This document shows positions 10,737-19,899 of a stretch of DNA of 64,000 nt, piece after piece; position 1 is the stretch's first letter; every line of letters starts with the position of its first letter. Both the position numbers and the translations under genes were made by a program. Under the pieces are notes generated by a model. That model worked only from the letters and a program-made list of their open reading frames with translations, ran no database searches and had not been told where the DNA came from. This stretch comes from an uncultured Alphaproteobacteria bacterium (GTDB lineage Bacteria > Pseudomonadota > Alphaproteobacteria > Rs-D84), in assembly GCA_944390125.1 (NCBI GenBank), contig CALXOX010000001.1:385364-449363 (forward strand). The letters run 5' to 3'.

Positions 10737-11714
10737 ATGAATAAAGATTTTTTGATAGATTTTTATGTAAAGTATTTAAATTTGGTGGACAAATTATTGC
10801 CCGTAGGTGGCTTTGTTCGAAGATTGCCGTATGTTTTGGTGTTTAAGACTACAAATTATTGTTGGTATAATTGCCTGCATTGCTGTGAAAATTCTGGACC
10901 TGACCAAGCGAAATATTATATCCCTGCACCAGTAATTAAAAGTTATATATCGCAGGCTTTAACTGACCCAACATTTTCTAAAAATGTTGTTTTTACTGGC
11001 GGTGAAATAATGTCTTCGTACCGTTTTGGTGATAAAAATTACGTTCCGGAATTATTGACGTTTTGTCAAAAAAACGGTGTCGGTGTAAATATAAAAACTA
11101 ATGCTGCTTGGGTAAATGCGGATTTCGGAAAGAAAATTTTTGATGATTTAAGCGAAGTTATTTCAAATGGCAAACCATACAGTTTGCAGATATCGGTGTC
11201 TTTAGATAATTATCACAAAAACAGTCTAAAAAACTGTATAGGATTTATAAAAGGATTGCATAAAAGGGATAATATGCACACAATTGTACATTTATCTTCG
11301 TTTGATAAGGATAAGTATTTATACACAGAATTATGCAACGGGTTAAGAAAAGAAGGTATTAAATTAAATCAGGCGATTTTTTCTGATGGAAGAATTTTGG
11401 ACGTTGCTGGGGACAAATTGATATTAGTTGCATCAAGTGCAGTATTGTTTAATGGTGGGCGTGCTGTACAACTAGAAGAAGCTCAAAAAATAGCGTTCCC
11501 TCAATTTTCTTTTTTATCGCCGAACAAGCAGGTTTTAATGGCGTTTGATTCTTTTGGTTGTGTTACGCTTGGGGAAAATTCTGGTCGCAAGATAAACACA
11601 AAATGGAAGCACAATGAAGAGGAAATATACTCTTTAGAACATATCAAGCAAAACTTGATTTCAAGTGCTCATTTTGAAGAAATACGCGCAAGGTTATTTT
11701 ATAAATGGCGTTAA
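10737..11714 (+). CDS. Radical SAM protein, function unknown
   Basis: CWYNCLHC (Cx3Cx2C), FTGGE, TNA, SLDNYH motifs. Confidence 0.85.
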   Translation: MNKDFLIDFYVKYLNLVDKLLPVGGFVRRLPYVLVFKTTNYCWYNCLHCCENSGPDQAKYYIPAPVIKSYISQALTDPTFSKNVVFTGGEIMSSYRFGDKNYVPELLTFCQKNGVGVNIKTNAAWVNADFGKKIFDDLSEVISNGKPYSLQISVSLDNYHKNSLKNCIGFIKGLHKRDNMHTIVHLSSFDKDKYLYTELCNGLRKEGIKLNQAIFSDGRILDVAGDKLILVASSAVLFNGGRAVQLEEAQKIAFPQFSFLSPNKQVLMAFDSFGCVTLGENSGRKINTKWKHNEEEIYSLEHIKQNLISSAHFEEIRARLFYKWR

Positions 11715-11738
11715 AAAACCGGCATTTGCCGGTTTTTT
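11713..11738. terminator. Bidirectional terminator
   Basis: AAAAAACCGGC-ATTT-GCCGGTTTTTT between convergent genes. Confidence 0.88.
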
Positions 11739-12603
11739 AGACCAAATTCATTTTCTTTTGCATTTCTATTAAAACTGGTGTTTGGATACCCATATTCTGG
11801 GCGCGGTGTATCAAACCGGCCAATGCGAATATACCTTCAACAGTTCCTTCTGGTTTTTCACCGCGAGCAATTGCCATACCTCCTGCAAAATTACGGCTGG
11901 TTGCTGATGTCGCCGATAAGAACAAGTCCCCTATTCCACATAAGTCAAGGAATGTAGCCATTTTTGCACCACATTTTAAACCAATTTCCATAACTTCGTT
12001 CCAAGCACGTGTGAATAGCATAGCGCGTTCATTTTCGCCGGCTGCCGCAATAGAATTATAGCCGCATATCAATGCAACTGCGTTTTTCCCTACACCGCAT
12101 ATTTCAGCACCAACAACGTCATCACTTGGATTTATATATAATTTATTCAAAATTAGTTTTCCCGCTTCAACGGCTTTTGAATTGCCTGCAAGTGTGCTGC
12201 CTGTTGGGACACCACGTGCCACTTCTGCTGCAAATTGTGGACCGGATAAAACACCGTAATCTGTCACTTCCGGCATTTCTGTGGATATAATTTCTGACAT
12301 AAAATCGCCGGTTGAGCTTTCGGCACCCTTTGTGCATACGATTATAGGCTGATTCTTATAAAATAATTTTGCTTTGCGCAAAGTTTCACGGAAAAAAGCA
12401 GCAGGAGTTACTATCAACCATGCCTCACATTTTCCAAGTTCGCTCATATCATTTGTAATTGTCAGATTTTCTGGCATATCAACGCCATCGAATTCTTTGA
12501 AGGCACCGTCATAAGACCATAAAATTACATCAGAACCGCCACGCGCGGAGATAACAGCCAGCGCGGTTCCCCACGCACCAGCACCAATTACACCAACTTT
12601 CAT
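11737..12603 (-). CDS. gpsA: NAD(P)H-dependent glycerol-3-phosphate dehydrogenase
   Basis: GAGAWGTAL, CTKG, LSGP.FA.EVA, KNAVA, GIGDL, SRNF, VEG. Confidence 0.95.
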   Translation of the reverse strand: MKVGVIGAGAWGTALAVISARGGSDVILWSYDGAFKEFDGVDMPENLTITNDMSELGKCEAWLIVTPAAFFRETLRKAKLFYKNQPIIVCTKGAESSTGDFMSEIISTEMPEVTDYGVLSGPQFAAEVARGVPTGSTLAGNSKAVEAGKLILNKLYINPSDDVVGAEICGVGKNAVALICGYNSIAAAGENERAMLFTRAWNEVMEIGLKCGAKMATFLDLCGIGDLFLSATSATSRNFAGGMAIARGEKPEGTVEGIFALAGLIHRAQNMGIQTPVLIEMQKKMNLV

Positions 12604-14216
12604 TTTATTTCCCTTAATTTCTTTTGAATTTTTGGAACGACAACCAAACCATCATCAGATAATTCAATTGCACGTAAATACGCATCACGTGCTAATTTTT
12701 CGTCCCCTGCGGCGACGTATAAATCGCCAAGTTGCTCAAATAAAGAAGAGCAAGATGCAGATACTTCACCTACACGCACCAAAACATCCAATGCAGGTTT
12801 AATACCTTCGCGTATAGTTATTACATAACCCAACGTGTCCCATGCCATTATATCCGTTGGATCTTGTTTTACCAGAGCCATTGCATAATCATATGCATTT
12901 TCAATTTCTCTGCCCTGTGATGCCCAAATTTTTGCCTGTAATGCTAATATTTCTGCATCCAATGGCAGTGTCTTTGCCGCATCATGTAAGTCTTTCTGAG
13001 CACGTTCCAAATCATCAAATACATAATAAATGTGTGCCCTGCTCTTTAAGAAAAATGCCCGACCTATTTCATTTAAATTTTCATCATCCAGCGCCATATT
13101 TACAAAACGTAAAGCAGTACGTTTATTGCCCTGCTGTATGTTATACGCAATCAATTTGTTCACAGCAGGGACAAATAAAGGGTTTTCTTTTACAGCATCT
13201 TTTAATACATCAATATTGTCTGTTTTTTCTGCCGTACGTAAGACTGCAAACAGATAAAAAGGGCTTTCTTTAGAAATATTTTTAAAGTATTCAGCATAAT
13301 CCCCAATGTTATTGTAAAAGAACTGACCCAAATAATAATTTATAGCATCACTACTTTTACCAAAATCCGGGCTGGTTATTTGTGCGAAGCGCAACAGTAA
13401 TATTGCCAAATCGGAATACATCATTACTTGGGTATGAGACACAGTCTGAACCAAACTGAACGCCAGCTGATTTTGCAATCCTGAAAACATTGACCAATCT
13501 GGAATATTGCTATAATCCAGCATATACATGCCACCTGGACGTGATGTAAATTCATCATGTAATTTATGCGCTTCTTCCATCAGGTTATTGTGATGATAAA
13601 AAGACATTAAATACAAATAGTCATTTATATTCATAAAGTCCACACGAACCTTTGCAAAAGCTTCTGAAGCTTTTTGTGTGTCGCCAGTTTCTGCATAAAC
13701 TTGACCGGTTATAAAGTTTTGCCAAGATTCGTTTGTTGGCAAATTCTTTATAAATTTCAAAGCGTCTTGTTCTTTATCAATTGCGACAGAAGCCCACACA
13801 CGTAATGGCGCTGCCAGTGCGGATTCGTCTTTCTTATGACGTTGATATAAGTCTTTCCACTTCTCTTGTTGAACCAGATAAGCGTCGTAAATCAGACGAG
13901 ATGCAGTAGTTTTTTCTTCTTCAAGAATTATAACCCCTTCTGGCATCTTGCCACTTAAAAATTCGGATAAAAATTTAGTAGATTGAACAATTGGGTAATC
14001 AACATCTGTAAGCTGTGCAGAAAATTTTGATGCATTTTCAAAATCATTTACATATACAGCATGTTGTGCGGCTAAAAATGCGCCATATTGACTGGTTGGA
14101 TAAACGAAATTTTCTGCATTTTTCCCTGCATAATTGTGATACCACACGGCACCGCCGGTAATTGCAATTGTGGCAACTAATATACTGCCAATAAATAATG
14201 TTTGTGCTTTCTTCAT
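12600..14216 (-). CDS. Membrane-anchored TPR protein
   Basis: N-terminal TM, YGAFLAA, C-terminal TPR repeats (DTLGY..., LGDLY...A...Y.RAIEL). Confidence 0.8.
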   Translation of the reverse strand: MKKAQTLFIGSILVATIAITGGAVWYHNYAGKNAENFVYPTSQYGAFLAAQHAVYVNDFENASKFSAQLTDVDYPIVQSTKFLSEFLSGKMPEGVIILEEEKTTASRLIYDAYLVQQEKWKDLYQRHKKDESALAAPLRVWASVAIDKEQDALKFIKNLPTNESWQNFITGQVYAETGDTQKASEAFAKVRVDFMNINDYLYLMSFYHHNNLMEEAHKLHDEFTSRPGGMYMLDYSNIPDWSMFSGLQNQLAFSLVQTVSHTQVMMYSDLAILLLRFAQITSPDFGKSSDAINYYLGQFFYNNIGDYAEYFKNISKESPFYLFAVLRTAEKTDNIDVLKDAVKENPLFVPAVNKLIAYNIQQGNKRTALRFVNMALDDENLNEIGRAFFLKSRAHIYYVFDDLERAQKDLHDAAKTLPLDAEILALQAKIWASQGREIENAYDYAMALVKQDPTDIMAWDTLGYVITIREGIKPALDVLVRVGEVSASCSSLFEQLGDLYVAAGDEKLARDAYLRAIELSDDGLVVVPKIQKKLREIK

Positions 14217-14242
14217 AGTAAAAATATGCTACAATAATCTTT

Positions 14243-14800
14243 ATGAATAATAAAGAGAAATTTAACCGGTATGCCGAAATGCTGCGAGATTGGTCTACGC
14301 GTATGAATCTTGTTGCCCCAAGTACCCTTGGTGATATAGAAAAACGGCACTTCGCTGACAGTGCACAATTAGCCGATGTCTTGCCATCAGGTGCGCATGT
14401 AATAGATTTAGGTAGTGGTGCGGGCTTTCCTGGTGTTGTATTGGCTATTTTAGGTTGGCAGGTTGTTTGTATAGAGTCTGTTGGTAAAAAAGTTGCATTT
14501 TTGACGGCAGTAAAAGAAGCATTAAAGTTAAATAATTTGACCATATACCATGGCAGAGTTGAAAACTATGTTTCTGCCCTGCCCCAAGACGAAAAAATTG
14601 TTTTTACAGCGCGCGCCTTTGCACCATTGATAAAAATATTAGATTACGTTGCAAAGACAAAGAAACCTCTTTTCTTATTAAAAGGCCGGGAAATATCGGC
14701 TGAGATAGAAACAGCACACAAAAAATATAAATTTGATTATAATCTAGTACCATCAAAAACCGGTGACGGAAATATAATTATTATTAAAAAATACCGGTAA
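14243..14800 (+). CDS. rsmG: 16S rRNA m7G527 methyltransferase RsmG (GidB)
   Basis: MNLV, RHFADS, DLGSGAGFPG, ARAFA, KG motifs; near parAB. Confidence 0.95.
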   Translation: MNNKEKFNRYAEMLRDWSTRMNLVAPSTLGDIEKRHFADSAQLADVLPSGAHVIDLGSGAGFPGVVLAILGWQVVCIESVGKKVAFLTAVKEALKLNNLTIYHGRVENYVSALPQDEKIVFTARAFAPLIKILDYVAKTKKPLFLLKGREISAEIETAHKKYKFDYNLVPSKTGDGNIIIIKKYR

Positions 14801-14814
14801 TTTCATATGAAACA
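14799..14814. promoter_or_regulatory. parS-like palindrome, variant (site 1)
   Basis: AATTTCATATGAAACA versus canonical TGTTTCACGTGAAACA; 1.1 kb upstream of parA. Confidence 0.6.
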
Positions 14815-14832
14815 ATAAATAATATATTGTTA

Positions 14833-15744
14833 TTAGTGTATTTTTTGTTTTTGTAAAAATATGTAATTTTGGCCGGTAAGAACCATCACAATTGAATCAA
14901 CTGTATTTATAAGTTTCTTTTTTTGTTCACTGCTGGCTGCATCCCAAATGTTTACAGGACCGTGTTTTGACTCAAATTGCCACATTGGGCCCCAAACACC
15001 AAGGTGTGGACAGAATATAATTTGATTATACTCGTTGCATAAATTGTTCGTTATGTATTTTCTTGGAATGTCGCAATTGTTTATGGCATTCTTTATTGTC
15101 GTTTTATATAGGCCTCGTTTTGTTTCACTAACAAATCTTTCTGTTGCACATTCCATAATTATGTCTGCTAATTGTTGATTATTATAGTTTAATGGCCATG
15201 TCAATCTTTGTTCTGTTGCTGCCTTTATAATCAAATCATCTGCTTTTTTGATAAAATTCTTGTTCGTTGGGAAACGGTGTCCAGTTTCAAATCTATAGTC
15301 CAATGCTTCTATAATTTCTGCGGCGGGTGCGACGATTTCATTTTGTGCTGCAATTGCCCCGCGTGTATTTGGAGAATAGTACCAAATATTTTTTGTTAAA
15401 TTTGCTTTTCTTGCATGTTCTTTTTCGTGGCGCAACACCAACCGCATCTGTCGGTTATTCGAATTACAAAAGTTTCGTACTTTTGTATTCGTACCAATGT
15501 GTTGGAAATAATATAACTTTATTTTTCCGGATTCTGGCATAAAGACACCTGCGGCAAAAGAACCTGCCTTTTTCATCATATCGTCAGAAACTTTTATGGT
15601 GTCTGTTTGTTCGTAAATATAAGATGGTAAATTACCGGCATTTACCGGCTTTTCATTATAGAAAGACACAAGGCTTAGAACCAAATTTGTGTTCAAGCCC
15701 AATAAAATTGTCGCACTTAAAGAATATAAAAAGTTAAATTTCAT
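14833..15744 (-). CDS. Hypothetical protein with N-terminal hydrophobic segment and HExxH motif
   Basis: LVLRHEKEHARK plus a downstream E (NEIVA); AT-rich; interrupts rsmG-parA. Confidence 0.7.
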   Translation of the reverse strand: MKFNFLYSLSATILLGLNTNLVLSLVSFYNEKPVNAGNLPSYIYEQTDTIKVSDDMMKKAGSFAAGVFMPESGKIKLYYFQHIGTNTKVRNFCNSNNRQMRLVLRHEKEHARKANLTKNIWYYSPNTRGAIAAQNEIVAPAAEIIEALDYRFETGHRFPTNKNFIKKADDLIIKAATEQRLTWPLNYNNQQLADIIMECATERFVSETKRGLYKTTIKNAINNCDIPRKYITNNLCNEYNQIIFCPHLGVWGPMWQFESKHGPVNIWDAASSEQKKKLINTVDSIVMVLTGQNYIFLQKQKIH

Positions 15745-15791
15745 AGTATACTTATATATATAACATAAAAGCAGATTGTCAACTGCGGTTT

Positions 15792-15807
15792 TATTTCATA
15801 TGAAACA
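15792..15807. promoter_or_regulatory. parS-like palindrome, variant (site 2)
   Basis: TATTTCATATGAAACA; about 120 bp upstream of parA. Confidence 0.6.
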
Positions 15808-15929
15808 AACAATAGTTTGTTGTTTATACGATGTTTTTTAAATATAAAAATATATTATCTTGACCGAATCGATGGGTTTATTCTATTCTTTGAATGTTAA
15901 ATAACTATTTTGATAGGTGGAAAGGAAAT

Positions 15930-16700
15930 ATGGTACAGATAATTGCTTTTGCGAATCAGAAAGGCGGTGTCGGTAAAACCACAACGGCTATAAATATTGG
16001 CGCATCATTAGCAACAATTAAAAAACGTGTTTTATTGGTTGACTTAGATCCACAGGGAAATGCCGGCACGGGTTTAGGTTTTGTTCGTGCTGCGCATCCT
16101 CAAAGTGTCTACGGCGTTATTATGGGTACGGCCAGTGCAGCAGATAACATTTTGTCTACTGCGGTTCCCGGCTTGCATATCATGCCGTCATCAATGTCTT
16201 TGGCAGGGGCTGAAGTAGATTTATTAGATATGGAAAATCGTGAGTACCGTTTACGTGATGTCTTGATGCCATTGTACGATTACTACGATTATATTTTGTT
16301 AGATTGTCCGCCTGCAATGGGTTTCTTGACGCTGAATGCTTTAACAACGGCAAACAATGTTATTATTCCACTGCAGTGCGAATTTTATGCATTAGAGGGA
16401 ATCAGTCATTTGGTTCGTTCTATTGGAGAAATAAAAAACAAATGGAATCCGGAATTAGAAATTCTGGGTGTTTTATTGACAATGTATGATAAACGTTATG
16501 GGGTAACGCGTGTCGTTGAAGATGATGTCAGAAAGACATTTGGCGACGCTGTGTTTAAAACGGTGATACCACGTAATATTCGTGTGTCAGAGGCGCCAAG
16601 TCATGGAAAACCGGCTTTGTTTTACGATTTTAATTCAAGTGGTGCGCAGGCTTATTTGCGCGTTGCAACAGAGGTTGTTCAGAAAACGCAGGGGGAATAA
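15930..16700 (+). CDS. parA: Chromosome partitioning ATPase ParA
   Basis: NQKGGVGKTT, DLDPQGN, DCPP, PLQCEFYALEG, EAPSHG; AAGGA RBS before MVQII. Confidence 0.97.
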   Translation: MVQIIAFANQKGGVGKTTTAINIGASLATIKKRVLLVDLDPQGNAGTGLGFVRAAHPQSVYGVIMGTASAADNILSTAVPGLHIMPSSMSLAGAEVDLLDMENREYRLRDVLMPLYDYYDYILLDCPPAMGFLTLNALTTANNVIIPLQCEFYALEGISHLVRSIGEIKNKWNPELEILGVLLTMYDKRYGVTRVVEDDVRKTFGDAVFKTVIPRNIRVSEAPSHGKPALFYDFNSSGAQAYLRVATEVVQKTQGE

Positions 16701-16703
16701 GAT

Positions 16704-17579
16704 ATGTCTAAATTTGGTTTGGGACGTGGTTTGGCAGATTTAAATAAAGAAATGGGAACTATACCAGATATATCTATTTTAACTGGTGCAGAACGTGTTG
16801 TTGTAAAACAAATACCGCTTGCGCAGATTGGCGCAAATCCTGATCAGCCACGTAAGACTTTTACTGAATCAGAATTATCTGATTTGGCAGCGTCCATAAA
16901 AGAAAAAGGGGTTTTACAACCTATATTATTACGCGCGGTATCTGGTCGCCCATATATGTACGAAATTGTTGCGGGCGAACGTCGTTTTCGTGCAAGTAAA
17001 TTGGCTGGACTGACAGAAATTCCGGCATTGGTGAAACAAATTACACCAGAAAATGCGATGGAAATAGCACTGATTGAAAATGTTCAGCGCGAAAACTTGA
17101 ATCCGATAGAAGAGGGCAATGCATACAAAAATATAATGGAAAAATGCGGATATGAATTAGCAGATGTTTCACGTTTGATAGGGAAGTCTGAGAGCTATAT
17201 CAGAAATATTATGCGTTTAGATTCTTTACCATCAGATGTAAAGCAAATGGTTGAAACTGGTGTGCTGTCTGCTTCACATGCGCGTGCGATATCTGTTGCC
17301 GAAAACCCAACTGAATTGGCTAAGCAAATTATAGACAATAAGATGTCTGTTGCAGAAACCGAGAAAATGGTCAAGGGTTCTGCACGCAAATCTACCAGCA
17401 GGGCTTATATAGCAAAGACAATAGACGCCGAGACTGTCCGTCAGATAGAAACAAATATTTCTAATGCGCTTGGTGTAAAAGCGAAGTTGCAAGAAAAACG
17501 TGGTGGGGCAGGGCAAATAGTTTTGTCTTTCGCAACACGAGTTCAGATGCAAGAGTTGATTGATAAATTAGTAAAATAA
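16704..17579 (+). CDS. parB: Chromosome partitioning protein ParB
   Basis: GLGRGL, QPRK.F, GERRFRA (CTP box), ENVQRENL, HTH. Confidence 0.97.
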   Translation: MSKFGLGRGLADLNKEMGTIPDISILTGAERVVVKQIPLAQIGANPDQPRKTFTESELSDLAASIKEKGVLQPILLRAVSGRPYMYEIVAGERRFRASKLAGLTEIPALVKQITPENAMEIALIENVQRENLNPIEEGNAYKNIMEKCGYELADVSRLIGKSESYIRNIMRLDSLPSDVKQMVETGVLSASHARAISVAENPTELAKQIIDNKMSVAETEKMVKGSARKSTSRAYIAKTIDAETVRQIETNISNALGVKAKLQEKRGGAGQIVLSFATRVQMQELIDKLVK

Positions 17580-17648
17580 TATAGCCGGTTTTTACCGGCT
17601 TTTTTGTGTCTTTTGCTTTTAATTTTATTATATAAGTACACAAACAAA

Positions 17649-17676
17649 AAAAACACCGGCATTTGCCGGTGTTTTT
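17649..17676 (-). terminator. Terminator of pal (a separate parB terminator lies at about 17583-17605)
   Basis: AAAAACACCGGC-ATTT-GCCGGTGTTTTT. Confidence 0.8.
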
Positions 17677-17690
17677 ATACAATTAAATAA

Positions 17691-18107
17691 TTATTTAACT
17701 GTTGTTGTGGCGTTACGATTCCATTTCCATACTTCTTCGCCTGTGCCTTGAACCAATGGGCGTTCTTTACCGTAAGAAATTGTGGAAATACGTGCGGAAT
17801 CAATGCCGTCTTTTACCAATACTTCCTTAGCAGCATTTGCACGACGTGCACCTAATGCCAAGTTGTATTCTGTGGAACCACGTTCGTCGCAGTTACCAGC
17901 AATTTGGATTTTAACATCTTCGTGATTCTTCATGTACAATGACTGACCCAACAGGTTGTCACGTGCTTCATCAGAAATTTCAGATGAATTGAACGCGAAG
18001 AATACGCGTTGATCATTCAAATCAGCTGGTTCAACTATGGATGAACCACCGCAAGCGGCCAACAGACCCGCTACACCAGCCAACATAGCAAAGTTTTTAA
18101 TTTTCAT
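17691..18107 (-). CDS. pal: Peptidoglycan-associated lipoprotein Pal
   Basis: LAAC lipobox; GNCDERGSTEYNLALGARRA, ISYGKERP. Confidence 0.95.
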   Translation of the reverse strand: MKIKNFAMLAGVAGLLAACGGSSIVEPADLNDQRVFFAFNSSEISDEARDNLLGQSLYMKNHEDVKIQIAGNCDERGSTEYNLALGARRANAAKEVLVKDGIDSARISTISYGKERPLVQGTGEEVWKWNRNATTTVK

Positions 18108-18185
18108 GAAAATACTCCCTTGAGTTTCTGTTGCTCGTGTTCTATTTTAGAATAAAAGGTTTGAGAAATCAAGGAAAAACAAGTT

Positions 18186-18989
18186 ATGGACGATTGTGAT
18201 ATCAGGGATTTAGTTTTGGCTGGTGTGAAATGGGAACTGACGGATATGCCAGCTGCCTTGGCAGCTGTTGCAAAGGCGGCTTTGGCGCCAACTGCGGACG
18301 TTCAAGTTTCTTCAAATGTAAGTAATGTGGTGAATGGTAATGTGAACACTATGCGAACACAGACGTCTATTGTACCGCCAATTGCACCACAGCAGGCTAT
18401 ATCAGTTGATACGGCGGTGGCAATGGCTGCACGTCCTGTGGATATAGATTCTTTGTGCAGAATGATTTCCGAGTTTAATCATCCATTGCGAGCTGGTGCA
18501 ACGAACGTTGTTTTGCCGCACGTTGCAAAGAATCCAAATGGATTAGTTATTATTACTGATGTTCCTGGTGGTGAAGACGATGCGACAGGGCGAATTTTAT
18601 CGGGTGCTGCAGGTGAATTATTGGATAAAATGTTAGCGGCAATAGGCATGTCTCGTGATAATGTATCGATTGTGCCACTTGTATTTTGGCGTACACCAGG
18701 TGGACGCACCCCAAATCGGGCGGAATTAGATTTGGCACGACCTTTCTTTGATAGGGTGTTAGCATTGCTGCCACCTCGGTTTATTTTGACACTGGGGACA
18801 TTGTCCGCAACGGAGGTCGCAAATGTAAGTTTACCACGTGGGCATGGTATAACAGTTTCTTTGCCTTCTGGTATAACAGCGATGCCAATATATCATCCTA
18901 ATTATTTGATATTAAAACCTGCGGCGAAACGTGACGCGTGGAACGCATTGCAAATAGTGCAAAATTTGTTGAAAAGTGCTGATAAATAG
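18186..18989 (+). CDS. Uracil-DNA glycosylase family 4-like protein
   Basis: G.LLDKMLAAIG, WRTPGGRTP, LG, YHPNYL..P..KR.AW; catalytic motifs degenerate. Confidence 0.8.
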   Translation: MDDCDIRDLVLAGVKWELTDMPAALAAVAKAALAPTADVQVSSNVSNVVNGNVNTMRTQTSIVPPIAPQQAISVDTAVAMAARPVDIDSLCRMISEFNHPLRAGATNVVLPHVAKNPNGLVIITDVPGGEDDATGRILSGAAGELLDKMLAAIGMSRDNVSIVPLVFWRTPGGRTPNRAELDLARPFFDRVLALLPPRFILTLGTLSATEVANVSLPRGHGITVSLPSGITAMPIYHPNYLILKPAAKRDAWNALQIVQNLLKSADK

Positions 18990-19026
18990 ATAATAATTGC
19001 GTCATAACGTTTAAAAGGAGCCTAAG

Positions 19027-19584
19027 ATTAAAACGTCATTTAACCGTGATAATCGCCGGGATACGGGCCCGCGCATCAATAATCGGATTTTTGCAAAATC
19101 TGTTCAGGTAATTAGTTCTACTGGTCAAAATTTAGGTATTATGCCAACATCTCAGGCTTTACAAATGGCCACAGACGAGGGGTTGGATTTGGTTGAAATC
19201 AGTACAAATGGTAATGTCACAATTACCAAGATTATGGATTTTGGTAAATTCAAATACGAACAGAAAAAGCGCGCGTCTGAGGCACGTAAAAATCAGAAGA
19301 CAGTCGAAATGAAAGAAGTTTGGGTAAAACCTTTCATTGAAGAAAACGACTTGAACATCAAGATGAAAAAAGTTTTTGAATTCTTGGGCGAGGGCAACAA
19401 GGTAAAAATTGCCGTTATGACTCGTGGTTCAAAGAAAGTTTTGGCACGTGGGAAAGATGCGGTTCCAGAATTATTTGCCAGAATTATGGAAATTGTTGGT
19501 GATAAAGGTACATTGGAAGCAAAATCTAAGCCGGATGAAAGGACGAAATCTATAATTATAGCGCCAGCCAAAGCGACCAAATAA
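19027..19584 (+). CDS. infC: Translation initiation factor IF-3 (ATT start)
   Basis: AAGGAG RBS at 19015-20, in-frame ATT at 19027 giving ...PRINNRI...; LDLVEI, KIMDFGKFKYE. Confidence 0.93.
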   Translation: MKTSFNRDNRRDTGPRINNRIFAKSVQVISSTGQNLGIMPTSQALQMATDEGLDLVEISTNGNVTITKIMDFGKFKYEQKKRASEARKNQKTVEMKEVWVKPFIEENDLNIKMKKVFEFLGEGNKVKIAVMTRGSKKVLARGKDAVPELFARIMEIVGDKGTLEAKSKPDERTKSIIIAPAKATK

Positions 19585-19588
19585 TTAC

Positions 19589-19610
19589 ACCGCCGAAAGG
19601 CGGTTTTTTA
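19589..19610 (+). terminator. Terminator after infC
   Basis: ACCGCC-GAAA-GGCGGT-TTTTT. Confidence 0.85.
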
Positions 19611-19685
19611 TTGAATTTTTTATAAAAAATCTTTGCCTTTTAAAGTTTCTTTTTGTATGGTTTTGATATATTAAAAGGGTTATTT

Positions 19686-19889
19686 ATGGACGATAAAAAA
19701 TTATCTTTTGAAGAAGCATACAAACAGCTGACAGAATTAGTAAAAAAAATGGAATCTGGTGAATTGCCTTTAGCGGATTCCGTTGCTGCGTATGAGCAGG
19801 GAATTAAACTGAAAGCGTATTGCGAACAGTTATTGAAAGAGGCAGAACTAAAGATTGAAACACTGAAGGTTACACCTGCACAAGCATAA
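19686..19889 (+). CDS. xseB: Exodeoxyribonuclease VII small subunit
   Basis: LSFEEA..L..V..ME.GELPL..S...YE.G..L...C...L..AE. Confidence 0.93.
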   Translation: MDDKKLSFEEAYKQLTELVKKMESGELPLADSVAAYEQGIKLKAYCEQLLKEAELKIETLKVTPAQA

Positions 19890-19899
19890 TGGATTTATC

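Noticed and set aside
15745-15929. Possible oriC near parAB
   Set aside because: AT-rich, but no TTATCCACA-type DnaA boxes seen
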